From: a virus
Taxonomy: Duplodnaviria > Heunggongvirae > Uroviricota > Caudoviricetes
Reading direction: 5' to 3' (one strand)
Virus record (IMG/VR): IMGVR_UViG_2925891887_000001
Length of the DNA: 64,000 bases
Both the position numbers and the translations under genes were made by a program. A model generated the notes under the pieces. The model had not been told where the DNA came from, made no database searches, and saw nothing but the letters and a program-made list of their open reading frames with translations. This document shows positions 29,877 through 39,154 of the stretch, in pieces; within the stretch, counting starts at the first letter, position 1; each line of letters opens with the position of its first letter.

Positions 29877-30107
29877 TTATTTGTGTAAACTGATTTTAAA
29901 TCCCATTTCTACGAACGCTTTTAACATTAAAAATATATCAGCGTCGTTCACGTCTGCTTTTTTTCGCTCCTGGTCGCTCAATAAGTCAATTTTGCGCGTC
30001 GTTTCATCTATAAGCTCGACTACACGCCCAGCGTAACCAGCGATCCCAGCGATGCGATTAACATAATATTCATTATGGACGTTAACGCCAGCGATAAGAA
30101 CAAACAT
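29877..30107 (-). CDS. hypothetical protein (76 aa), AT-rich cassette
   Basis: Leftward ORF, last gene before convergent terminators. Confidence 0.4.
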   Translation of the reverse strand: MFVLIAGVNVHNEYYVNRIAGIAGYAGRVVELIDETTRKIDLLSDQERKKADVNDADIFLMLKAFVEMGFKISLHK

Positions 30108-30128
30108 GATTAAGCTCCTTAAAAAAAA

Positions 30129-30332
30129 TTAAATAGAATTTTGAAGTTTTCCGATTAATGCGCTTAAGCGTAAGTATTCACGTTTGCGCTTGCAATCTCG
30201 CTTGCTGTTAAGCAAATCAGAAAACGTAAAATTTAATTGGTCGCGTTGCGCGATCAAATCGTCGATTAATTCCAGTTTATAAGCGCGATAATTTGCGCGA
30301 TATTCTGCGCGGATCTTGTCATAGCTGACCAT
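30129..30332 (-). CDS. hypothetical small coiled-coil protein (67 aa), AT-rich cassette
   Basis: Start moved to internal Met with AAGGAG 8 nt upstream; hairpin agcgcccacaatgggcgct just upstream. Confidence 0.4.
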   Translation of the reverse strand: MVSYDKIRAEYRANYRAYKLELIDDLIAQRDQLNFTFSDLLNSKRDCKRKREYLRLSALIGKLQNSI

Positions 30333-30380
30333 CTTTAAAGCTCCTTTAAAGCGCCCATTGTGGGCGCTTGATTCCATTAA

Positions 30381-31031
30381 TTACGCTTTAAAAGCATCAG
30401 CTAAATAATTGTAGAAATCATTCTTGATAAAGCGATATTGCTGTGTACCAGCTTTGGCGCTCCCAGCTCCTTTGACTTTTTCAACAAGTCCGAGACGTTC
30501 GCAAAGATTGATCAACTGGTTGGCTTGAGTATAGCCAGCGTCCAATTTAATTTCACACGCTTTTTTAGCTTCATTCATTAAATCGAAAACAGCGCCATTG
30601 GTGAACGTGTCGATCTCGTCGTTAATCATATCGATTAAAGCGAATACACGAGATCCAGACATATCAGCGATGGAATAAACGCATTTACCAGATTTAATGG
30701 ATTTAACCAGATAAACCAGTTTTTCCAGTGAATAACTATTAGTCATTGCATCACGGAAAAATACTTCTGGCGCTTGTTTGCTTGCTTTAATCGCATAGTA
30801 GAAAACAGAGCATAATTTTTCGTCTTCTACTGCGTTTACGACGTTGTTGATGAAGTAAGCAAGTTTAGTGGTCGCAGCTTGCATATTTGCTTTGTCTGCT
30901 TTGGTGTGCGTACCATTTTTATAATGTTCGTTATATGTTTGAGTTGCCAGATCTGCTTTTTCGCGCAGCTCGTCGGATACAATAGATGCAGCTTCAATGA
31001 TGGACTTTTTAGAAATGATAATGTTAGCCAT
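30381..31031 (-). CDS. hypothetical protein (216 aa), AT-rich cassette
   Basis: Start at Met-4 of track ORF (SD AAGGA); C-terminal region resembles a winged-helix segment. Confidence 0.45.
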   Translation of the reverse strand: MANIIISKKSIIEAASIVSDELREKADLATQTYNEHYKNGTHTKADKANMQAATTKLAYFINNVVNAVEDEKLCSVFYYAIKASKQAPEVFFRDAMTNSYSLEKLVYLVKSIKSGKCVYSIADMSGSRVFALIDMINDEIDTFTNGAVFDLMNEAKKACEIKLDAGYTQANQLINLCERLGLVEKVKGAGSAKAGTQQYRFIKNDFYNYLADAFKA

Positions 31032-31283
31032 GATGGACATCCTTACGAAAAATTAAAATGAATTTATTTTTTACTGTCGTTAGCTAGCTCGCTTTCGACG
31101 AGTTCAATTATCGATACGTGAAAAAAGATTGCAAGTATTTTTTTTAAATTTTCTGCAGGGATGAAAGTCCTAGAAATAAAAGCGAGATCGTCGAAGGTGT
31201 TCCCTAAATAAATAATCAATTCGGGCCTTTAACCTTATATATTTATACGGAGTGGCATCGAAAGAGTTTTAAATGAATGGCAT

Positions 31284-31312
31284 GTAAAATAATAACCGGA
31301 CTTAGCCGGTTA
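31284..31312 (-). terminator. intrinsic terminator inside leftward cassette
   Basis: Minus-strand taaccggctaagtccggtta followed by TTATTTTAC. Confidence 0.5.
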
Positions 31313-31326
31313 TTACCCTTATAGAT

Positions 31327-31851
31327 TTAAAATGGAAGGATTCGTTCAACCCAATCGAAGAAAACAAGTATTTTTCTGCCGTCTTCTAACTTAAGAGTGA
31401 CCTGGCAAGCATCAACGCCTCTTGACACCCCTTCTATTTCACGACCGTCTGTCATGTAGACCCTTATAGATTGGTCGTTTTGATAAGCCTTGCGACATAT
31501 CGCAAAAAAGTCACGGCGTGATGGCTGATTGTCAACATAGTCTGGATGTATTGTTAGCCTACCTTTGAACTCGCGAGCAATGTCATCGATTACACCTGAT
31601 TCAATTGTGCTAATGCGCTCAAGTGGGAGTCTTATACGATTTTCTTTATCATATGGAATCGGGCATAAATCTAGCTTATTGCGTGAAGGCATTGTCCCCT
31701 GAACGTACATGCAAAACACCTGACCGTCTTCAAGCGTGACTCTTACAGGAATGTTGTTCTTCCGCCAGAACATAAGTATGTTCTCAGCATGTTCGTAGTC
31801 TCGCGGCCAGACTTCAGCCGGTATGCCGTAGGTGATGTCCAATGTTCTCAT
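31327..31851 (-). CDS. hypothetical protein (174 aa), AT-rich cassette
   Basis: 4-nt overlap with upstream gene (translational coupling). Confidence 0.45.
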   Translation of the reverse strand: MRTLDITYGIPAEVWPRDYEHAENILMFWRKNNIPVRVTLEDGQVFCMYVQGTMPSRNKLDLCPIPYDKENRIRLPLERISTIESGVIDDIAREFKGRLTIHPDYVDNQPSRRDFFAICRKAYQNDQSIRVYMTDGREIEGVSRGVDACQVTLKLEDGRKILVFFDWVERILPF

Positions 31852-32462
31852 TCTGATACTCTTAGAGGTGTTTTCAGCAATCCAAATTTAAATTCTTTAT
31901 TACCAACGACCAAGAAGGGGACTTCAACATAGATTTTTTTATCGACGGATTTAGAGTTCGCTGTTTTCTTGATGTCGCGAACGATACGTTTTGTTGTGTT
32001 TTCATCAATAAACAATACCTTCCCACTGGTATTCCCTTCAGTCTTAGCATAAGTGACAATAGGTTCTTCATTGCCAACTCTGATGTTCACTTGGCAACCC
32101 GTTGTAGCCATTTCATCACAATAGAGTGTACCGTCTTGAATTTCTAAAACAATTCCAGATGGCTTCATGGCCTCGTTAGAGCTTACATTAGCGTTTTCTG
32201 GTACTGCGGTCCCGTTAATTTGCAACCGTAATCTTTCTGTTCCTGCATGAAGTATTGTTTCTTCTGCGTTATCTGAGAATCTATACCAGACTGGTTGAAT
32301 CAGACCTCGTGATTTGTATTTTAGTACGTCTTCAGAAGTATACATGCTGTACGTTTTTTGCATGTCAGAGACGAAATCTGATAATGCGTTGGCGGAAAAC
32401 GCCGGGAGGCATATACAAGCAAGGAATAACGAAAGTTTCATTTTCATATCATGATAATCCAA
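31848..32462 (-). CDS. predicted exported protein with signal peptide (204 aa), AT-rich cassette
   Basis: N-terminal MKMKLSLFLACICLPAFSANA with AxA-type cleavage site. Confidence 0.45.
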   Translation of the reverse strand: MDYHDMKMKLSLFLACICLPAFSANALSDFVSDMQKTYSMYTSEDVLKYKSRGLIQPVWYRFSDNAEETILHAGTERLRLQINGTAVPENANVSSNEAMKPSGIVLEIQDGTLYCDEMATTGCQVNIRVGNEEPIVTYAKTEGNTSGKVLFIDENTTKRIVRDIKKTANSKSVDKKIYVEVPFLVVGNKEFKFGLLKTPLRVSE

Positions 32463-32951
32463 TTATTTAACATCACACTTTCTAATTTTTTCTATTTGTT
32501 CTAATTTTTCATGATCATCATTTAGATTTCCTTTGACTATCTCCGTTTCAAGTTTGCTGATTAGCATGTTAAGTGCGTTGTAGTTATTGCATTTTACTTT
32601 GTAGGCGTAGTATGACCTTGTCCCTGGTTTTTGTACACCCATATCATTAAAGTTAGAGCTTAAAGTATAACCTTCAAGTTCAACCCCTTTTATTGTTGGA
32701 AGAATTATATTTAATGGTTCTAATTTAAATGGGTAGATATAAATATGTGATATGAAGTACTCTTCTGAAGAGATTTTCTTCATGTCTTTTGTGATTGAAA
32801 CTGAATATTTACGGTCCCGAGCGATATAAAATTTTGTACATTTGTACGGCTCTAAGTTGAATAGATAATATCTGTCTTTAAAAAGAACATCTTTTCCATG
32901 TGATATTTTATGTCGTAAAGAGTTAATTATTTTGTTTATAGAAATACTCAT
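32463..32951 (-). CDS. hypothetical protein (162 aa), AT-rich cassette
   Basis: Directly abuts downstream gene; Lys/Tyr/Ile-rich. Confidence 0.45.
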   Translation of the reverse strand: MSISINKIINSLRHKISHGKDVLFKDRYYLFNLEPYKCTKFYIARDRKYSVSITKDMKKISSEEYFISHIYIYPFKLEPLNIILPTIKGVELEGYTLSSNFNDMGVQKPGTRSYYAYKVKCNNYNALNMLISKLETEIVKGNLNDDHEKLEQIEKIRKCDVK

Positions 32952-33096
32952 CTACAGTATCCGACCTTAGTTATCAATTGAAAAGCCTACAAATATCGTT
33001 CAGCCAATCAAGAAATTTTTTCAGCCGGAGGTATGTACTTCAAAAAATGTGATGAATGTCACATGCAGGTGCTCTCATACACCTGCATGTAGACTA

Positions 33097-33663
33097 TTAA
33101 TCATTCAATAATCTATATTTTCTTTTGATTAAATCTTCACCTTTTTTGGTGAACACAAAACCAAATTGCGATTTTTTGTTCAGCCTAAGGACTCTGTTAT
33201 CCAACGCATCGGTTGATGGAATCAATGTTTGATCATCTATCCAATTAAGTAGCGTAAGAAAGTTCAGCAGCCTCAACGTTGTTGTGCGAAGCTCTTTCGA
33301 TATATTTTCAATGCTGGCAATTCGTCTTTCTTTTTTCTCAGGTGGTACAGATAATTGTTCTTGAGGTTTCGTGGGTAGATAATCAATTTCGTTTGCTGAA
33401 TCGAATGATATGTGTGGCGTAATTTTGCTAAAAAAGCCTTTCGCTGACTCACTTGATAATAAACCAGACCTATTCATATCGTTTGTTATTCTGTACAGGA
33501 GTGGACTGTGTTTCATTTCAGGATAACGTTGATAAAAGTTAAGCAATTCAAAAGCAGCATTAGCACCAACAAGAAAATCAGAAGGATCGCTGACTTTCCA
33601 GAAAGAATGATTTTTCTTAGCGCCAGTGGTGTCAACAAATGATAATTCTTTTAACCAACTCAT
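33097..33663 (-). CDS. hypothetical protein (188 aa), AT-rich cassette
   Basis: Start at internal Met (MSWLKEL) with AAGGAG 7 nt upstream. Confidence 0.45.
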   Translation of the reverse strand: MSWLKELSFVDTTGAKKNHSFWKVSDPSDFLVGANAAFELLNFYQRYPEMKHSPLLYRITNDMNRSGLLSSESAKGFFSKITPHISFDSANEIDYLPTKPQEQLSVPPEKKERRIASIENISKELRTTTLRLLNFLTLLNWIDDQTLIPSTDALDNRVLRLNKKSQFGFVFTKKGEDLIKRKYRLLND

Positions 33664-33728
33664 GATGTGCTCCTTTCTAACAAGTGAGCACATCATAGAA
33701 TTAGTAGATAGGGGGTAAATATGAAATG

Positions 33729-34007
33729 TTACGGCAACCTGCTCAGTATTTCCTCTAGATCTTTTTTTGTCATATTGGAGTTCTCATAGATGCGCATGAT
33801 TTTCTCACGCGTCTTAGCGGAAACCCCAACGGCAGATGTGACTTTGTCAAATTCAGCCATAGTCATCGTCTCCAGAATGGCATTGATAACTTCAGCCTTA
33901 GACATCTTGATTTTTTTCTCTTTGAGTTTTATTTGAAATTTTCCAAGTTTTTCATTGGCCTTATCAGACAATGCCACTTGGCAATAAGTTGTTTTCTTTT
34001 CGCTCAT
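33729..34007 (-). CDS. hypothetical small protein (92 aa), possible DNA-binding
   Basis: Lys-rich helical protein immediately downstream of helicase gene. Confidence 0.4.
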   Translation of the reverse strand: MSEKKTTYCQVALSDKANEKLGKFQIKLKEKKIKMSKAEVINAILETMTMAEFDKVTSAVGVSAKTREKIMRIYENSNMTKKDLEEILSRLP

Positions 34008-34009
34008 AA

Positions 34010-35569
34010 CTAATCTCGTTTCAGAACTCCAAAATCGAATGCGCCATCAACAGGCAATACACCTTCTGCAAAGCCAGGTGTGGTGTCGATGATGTGTTTT
34101 CGCTCATAAGAGTGAGACAACAGGTATTTGTTGCTAATGTCAATGAAATCAGTGATAAAACACACGTTTGCCTGATTCTTCTTGGCTCGTAAGCCACGAC
34201 CGACACGTTGTCTCATTTCAACTTCTGCTTTCCCACCACCAGCAAGAATGACCGCACCAACGCTTGGCACATCAACACCGACATCCAGAATAGTCGAGCC
34301 TATTAAAACATCTATGTCGCCAGACGCTAAACTGTTCAGCTTTGCTTGCCTTGTCGACTGGTTCGATTCCCCATAAATGAAGTCAACTCTAAGGCCGGAC
34401 TCTTTCATCATTTCCATCAGGATTTGCCCGTGGCGTTTAAGACGAACCAGAGTCATACAATTGAGAGAATGTTGCTTATAGAGCAATGCTTCGCGAACAA
34501 TGGCCTCATTACGTCCCAAATTATACACGATCCCCAACTGATAAGCCTTTTGGTAGGCAGTGCTCATACCTACTCTAAAATTGAGGTGTTTGTTGGCAAG
34601 TTCTGCCTTGATTCTGGCCTCGTCCGGCTTGTAGGCAACTTTATGATAAAGGAAGTATGGCTTTGCCAGAATGCCTCTATCAATCAGGTACTTTTCCGTG
34701 ACTTTTATTTCAATTCGCCCGGCCACTGCCATCAGACGCATGTTGGCTTCCGTAGAATCCTTCATGAACGGCGTTGCCGTAAGCGCCAGGCGATAGTCTG
34801 CGTTCGCACATAATCTGGCAATGTCATAGAAATTAGAGCCTGAAGACTCATGCGCCTCTTCCAGAATAAGAAGAGAGACACTTGAAAGGAAGCGTTTCAC
34901 CAAGTCCCGACGTTTGAGGTGGTAGCTCTTCTTATCTGGAGTTGCATCGCGTGGTGGTTCTTCAAGGAAACTTGCCAGAGTTTGAACTGTAGCGACGTTG
35001 ATATGTCGTGATACCTGGAACTCACCCGAGCCAATGACTCCAACCTTTTGGTCTTTTAACCACGGTTCGCCATTTTCGGCGCGGTAGTCGATGGATCTCT
35101 GGAAGTTTTCGGCCATCTGAAACATCAGAACAGAGCGGGTTGTTAAAAATAATGTCATTCGACCGATACGTGCAGCTGCTTTGCAGGCAACATTAGATTT
35201 CCCGCCACCAGTAGCGATCTGCGCAATCATCATTCCCTCTCGAACCAGTGTTTCCACAGTCTGATCCTGATATGCATAATCAGGATTGTATGGGAATGGG
35301 TTGACCGCCGGATTTGGCTTTCCAAGCGCCGGAGCTTTGTCTTTGCGGATATGAACACATTTGATGCCCGCCTTGTTCAAGTTCGCCGCTACAGGCTTGG
35401 CAAAGCCAGCAGGGAACGAGTTTTTACTCCAGTTGAACATCGTGCTTGTGCCCTTCCAGTCGCCAGTCTCGACTTCGTAGCTCAACATCTGTTGCACCAG
35501 TTGCTTTACCTTGTCATCTGCGCCAGAAATAAGTGCATTTACTGCGTTAGATACAATCCGAACAGTCAT
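34010..35569 (-). CDS. SF2 (DExH-type) helicase
   Basis: Walker A TGGGKS, motif II LEEAH, motif III LTATP, motif VI RQRVGRGLR; SD AAGAGG. Confidence 0.8.
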   Translation of the reverse strand: MTVRIVSNAVNALISGADDKVKQLVQQMLSYEVETGDWKGTSTMFNWSKNSFPAGFAKPVAANLNKAGIKCVHIRKDKAPALGKPNPAVNPFPYNPDYAYQDQTVETLVREGMMIAQIATGGGKSNVACKAAARIGRMTLFLTTRSVLMFQMAENFQRSIDYRAENGEPWLKDQKVGVIGSGEFQVSRHINVATVQTLASFLEEPPRDATPDKKSYHLKRRDLVKRFLSSVSLLILEEAHESSGSNFYDIARLCANADYRLALTATPFMKDSTEANMRLMAVAGRIEIKVTEKYLIDRGILAKPYFLYHKVAYKPDEARIKAELANKHLNFRVGMSTAYQKAYQLGIVYNLGRNEAIVREALLYKQHSLNCMTLVRLKRHGQILMEMMKESGLRVDFIYGESNQSTRQAKLNSLASGDIDVLIGSTILDVGVDVPSVGAVILAGGGKAEVEMRQRVGRGLRAKKNQANVCFITDFIDISNKYLLSHSYERKHIIDTTPGFAEGVLPVDGAFDFGVLKRD

Positions 35570-35633
35570 AAACCTCTTTCCTTAGTGCCTTTTGTATGTT
35601 ATTTGGCTATTATAATAAGTAAGTGATTACTTA

Positions 35634-36332
35634 ATGGATTGTAGCAATAAAATGGATGTAAAAATCACGATTTTGCAGGTTGATGTTGCCAACCTTCGCC
35701 CGAATACCTGGAACACCAATTCGGTTGGTGCGCAGAATTTCGAAAAACTGAAAGGTTCTATCGAAAAATTGGGCTTTTTTAAGCCAATTTTGGCTCGTGA
35801 ACTTGAAGATGGATTTTTTGAAATCCTCGGCGGCGAACATCGCTGGCGTGCCGCTATTGAGCAAGGAATTTCAACGGTTCCGGTGCTTTCTGTGGGCAAA
35901 ATTAGCGATGTCGTAGCTAAACAGATGTCACTGGTGGACAACGAGCGATACGGTGAAGACGACCAAATCGCATTGCAACGCTTCATTGAAGAAATTCAGT
36001 CAGAGCTTGACTATCAACTGTCTGAAATCGCCCCGTATGACGACGAAATCTCGATGGTTTTAGCAAAAGAGGCGGCAATCGACCTTGAAGCACTGGAGGC
36101 GTTGTCTCGTGGTAGTGATGAGCCTGTCGATACCGACAAACGAGAGAAAACCGAACGTGTGGGTGCGGAACATCAGACCATGCGCTTCAAAGTAACTTTC
36201 GATGCGTCAGATCGTGTTGCAGAAACCATAAAAAACATCATTAAAGAGCAGGCTATTAACACCGGTAATGAAATGGAGAACGCTGGTGAGGCTCTGGTGT
36301 GGCTGGTCGACTACTACAAGGAGCGTATGTAA
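35634..36332 (+). CDS. ParB/Srx-like nuclease-domain protein
   Basis: N-terminal ParB-type domain with box II-like GGEHRWRAA; acidic C-terminal half. Confidence 0.55.
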   Translation: MDCSNKMDVKITILQVDVANLRPNTWNTNSVGAQNFEKLKGSIEKLGFFKPILARELEDGFFEILGGEHRWRAAIEQGISTVPVLSVGKISDVVAKQMSLVDNERYGEDDQIALQRFIEEIQSELDYQLSEIAPYDDEISMVLAKEAAIDLEALEALSRGSDEPVDTDKREKTERVGAEHQTMRFKVTFDASDRVAETIKNIIKEQAINTGNEMENAGEALVWLVDYYKERM

Positions 36333-37000
36333 TGACCAAAAAGTTTGAAATCGTATATCGCGACCCGGCAGATCTTATTCCCTATGAGATGAATGCCAAA
36401 AAGCATGATGAACAGCAGATCCGAGATCTGGCCGCAGCCATTAAAAAGCGCGGATTTGACCAGCCAATTACGGTCGATAAGAACGACGTAATTATTACTG
36501 GCCACGGCCGCCGTGAGGCTGCAATTTTTGCTGGACTTGAGCGCGTACCGGTTATTGTTCGCGATGATCTCAGTGATGACGAGGTTCGTGCGAAGCGCCT
36601 TGAAGATAACCGACTTGCCAGCATTGATTACGATGCAATTAAGCTACAGAAAGAGCTTGAGTCGCTTGTTCTGGACGATATCGAGGTTTTCGGCTTTGAA
36701 GAGCGTGAGTTGAATGTTCTCGTTGGCAGTATGACAGAAGAAATGGACACCGACTCGCTAGTTATCGATCTTGGCGAAGAAACTAAACGACAGAAGGATG
36801 AACACACCGTGATCAGTCGTGAAGTTGCAGCGGAAGAAGTACGTGTTGTCGACGTATTGGGCTTTAAAACGCTCCCTGCTGGCTCTGCCATTGTTGTTGG
36901 TGATTTGCTTGCCCACATGGAAGAAATGACGGGAGAAAGCGGGGTAGACGCATTTGTGGCATATGCGGAGAAGATCTCTTCCGGGGAGATGGCTGCATGA
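36332..37000 (+). CDS. ParB/Srx-like domain protein (second copy)
   Basis: ITGHGRREAA motif; start overlaps upstream stop. Confidence 0.5.
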   Translation: MTKKFEIVYRDPADLIPYEMNAKKHDEQQIRDLAAAIKKRGFDQPITVDKNDVIITGHGRREAAIFAGLERVPVIVRDDLSDDEVRAKRLEDNRLASIDYDAIKLQKELESLVLDDIEVFGFEERELNVLVGSMTEEMDTDSLVIDLGEETKRQKDEHTVISREVAAEEVRVVDVLGFKTLPAGSAIVVGDLLAHMEEMTGESGVDAFVAYAEKISSGEMAA

Positions 37001-37635
37001 GCAAATACATCATCAACGTATCGTTTCAGACACGCGTAAATAAAACCACGCGCACGTTGGAAATCGCTGAGTCGTTCGGGCTTGGCCTGGACGAAAAAGA
37101 GTGGACGCTTTACGACAATCTGGAGCTGGAAGTGAAGCAGGGCGATGTGGTGTACATTACCGGCCAATCCGGTTCCGGCAAATCCGTTGTGCTGCGCGAG
37201 CTGCAACACCAGATGAAGGATGAAGGGCTATCTGTGGCCTCCATCGATGATTTTACCTTCGATAATGAGGTTAACGTCATTGACCAACTGGGCAAAACTA
37301 CCAGTGATGCGCTTGGGTTGTTATCTATGGCTGGTCTGAACGATGCATATCTGTTTGTTCGCAAGCCTTCTGAAATGTCAGACGGTCAGAAATATCGTCT
37401 CAAGATTGCCAAACTGATTGAGTCAGGCGCTAAAGTGTGGGCTGCTGACGAGTTCGGCGCTGTTCTCGACCGTGTAACCGCTCAGGTTGTGGCATCTAAC
37501 CTCCAGCGTGCCGCTCGAAAGGTTGGTGCGACGGTAATGGTGGCGACGACTCACGAAGACCTGAAGAACGCGCTGCGCCCGGATATGCAGATCACCAAGC
37601 ACTACAAAGAACGCGTGAAGGTGGAATATGCCTGA
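36997..37635 (+). CDS. ABC-type ATPase (single nucleotide-binding domain)
   Basis: Walker A GQSGSGKS, signature-like SDGQKYRL, Walker B/D-loop VWAADEFGAVLD, H-loop TTHED. Confidence 0.6.
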   Translation: MSKYIINVSFQTRVNKTTRTLEIAESFGLGLDEKEWTLYDNLELEVKQGDVVYITGQSGSGKSVVLRELQHQMKDEGLSVASIDDFTFDNEVNVIDQLGKTTSDALGLLSMAGLNDAYLFVRKPSEMSDGQKYRLKIAKLIESGAKVWAADEFGAVLDRVTAQVVASNLQRAARKVGATVMVATTHEDLKNALRPDMQITKHYKERVKVEYA

Positions 37636-37882
37636 TTTGAAGATCGTAGAGCTGAAGCCATCGAAAGAGACTGATAACAACAACGTGGAAGTCATCCGCC
37701 TGCTGGAAGAAGCACTTCAGCACGCCAGAGAAGGAAAAAGCCAGAGCCTGGCGCTGTTGATGATCAACAACGACGGCAGTGTTCTTGATTGCTGGCATAA
37801 CGGCGGGCGCCCGTATGTCATGGTAGGGGCGATGGAGTCTCTTCGCCTGGATTTCATCAATGCCAATATCGAGCGCAGGTGA
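37628..37882 (+). CDS. hypothetical protein (84 aa)
   Basis: Overlapping start/stop with neighbours. Confidence 0.4.
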   Translation: MPDLKIVELKPSKETDNNNVEVIRLLEEALQHAREGKSQSLALLMINNDGSVLDCWHNGGRPYVMVGAMESLRLDFINANIERR

Positions 37883-37887
37883 TCGAG

Positions 37888-38778
37888 ATGGCAGATATCA
37901 TCATCAAACGCTACCGCCCTGAAGAGTTTCCGCGTCATCTGGACTTTCTGGAGCGAATGACTGTCACAAAGGGAACTGTAGAGGACTGGCACGCTCTTAA
38001 GTCGCTTCACTACAAAACAGACGGCAAACCTTTCGCGCCAACTTACTATCGCTGCGAACTTGATGACCGTCTGGTGGGCGTCGTGGTTATGGCTTACCCG
38101 AAACTACTGCTGGCACCTCGCCACCGCATGTTTCCTAAGTTGAAACCAACCACTAATACCACCGTGGCTAACCAGTACTGGGGTCGGTACGTGAATAACA
38201 ACTTTGCGGTGATCAGTCGCTCAGTTGTGGATACTCAGTATCGTGGCGTAGGCGTCTCTTATCGAATGATTAACCTGGTTAGCAGGATGCATGACCGGCC
38301 AATCATTGAGATCCAGTCCTCGATGAGCAAATACAATCCCTTCGCCATGAAAGCAGGGTTTAAGTTCATCCGCCCTGAGCGACCGAAGAGCTATGAAAGT
38401 GCACTGCGTGTATTCCAGCGCCATTTCCGTTCCGACCCGGGTGATAACGAGGCGATCGTCAAAGAGTTGTTCGCAATGAGCGAGTCTCGTCGTCGCCGTG
38501 CACTGCGTGATCTGGTGGCGGACTACCACAAGAACAGTTCCCTGGCAAAAGCTGGGCGGAATCGTGGCACGACGATTCAGGACATTGCCGACAGTCTGGT
38601 GGACGAGGCCAGCATTGTGAAGCTGCTCAAGGACATTCACAACCTGAGCTTTACGTCTCCGTTGTATGGTGTGTACCGAAACCCTGACTTTGGCCGTCGA
38701 CTGCCTGACACGCTGCCACTGCTGGCATTCGACAAACAACCTTTGGATAAACCGTTAGAAATTGCTTTACCGGCATAA
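37888..38778 (+). CDS. hypothetical protein with GNAT-like acetyltransferase motif
   Basis: Motif A-like QYRGVGVS after a beta-strand segment; weak. Confidence 0.35.
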   Translation: MADIIIKRYRPEEFPRHLDFLERMTVTKGTVEDWHALKSLHYKTDGKPFAPTYYRCELDDRLVGVVVMAYPKLLLAPRHRMFPKLKPTTNTTVANQYWGRYVNNNFAVISRSVVDTQYRGVGVSYRMINLVSRMHDRPIIEIQSSMSKYNPFAMKAGFKFIRPERPKSYESALRVFQRHFRSDPGDNEAIVKELFAMSESRRRRALRDLVADYHKNSSLAKAGRNRGTTIQDIADSLVDEASIVKLLKDIHNLSFTSPLYGVYRNPDFGRRLPDTLPLLAFDKQPLDKPLEIALPA

Positions 38779-38787
38779 GGATTTGCC

Positions 38788-39054
38788 ATGACGTTAACCG
38801 ATAAACAAAAGGACATCATCAAAACGCTCAATCTCGGTTATGAGCGAGGTCATCTACTTGACCTGGACGAATTGCTTGAAGTTTTGCCGTACAAGACAAC
38901 CAAGCAAAGTATCCAGTTCTCAATTCGCGCTCTGATAAAAAAGGGGCTGGTGGAGAAAGGGCATACGCGCCAACGCAGTGACAATCGCTATCACCGCCGA
39001 ACTCTTGGGTTAACTACTTTAGGTCGAGCCAAAGCGAAGTTACTGGTGATGTAA
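38788..39054 (+). CDS. small putative winged-helix DNA-binding protein (88 aa)
   Basis: Basic helical protein; pattern only. Confidence 0.35.
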   Translation: MTLTDKQKDIIKTLNLGYERGHLLDLDELLEVLPYKTTKQSIQFSIRALIKKGLVEKGHTRQRSDNRYHRRTLGLTTLGRAKAKLLVM

Positions 39055-39056
39055 TC

Positions 39057-39154
39057 GGTCTGGGAGCTTATTTAAAGACCTGCTTCTGTATATATAAATA
39101 ATAAGTAACTTATTAAATATATACGGAAGCAGGCTTCGTAAGACATGCCAGACC
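39057..39154. repeat. nested inverted-repeat element R2, 95 bp upstream of terS
   Basis: gacctgcttctgtatatat ... atatatacggaagcaggc inside ggtctggg ... ccagacc. Confidence 0.6.
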
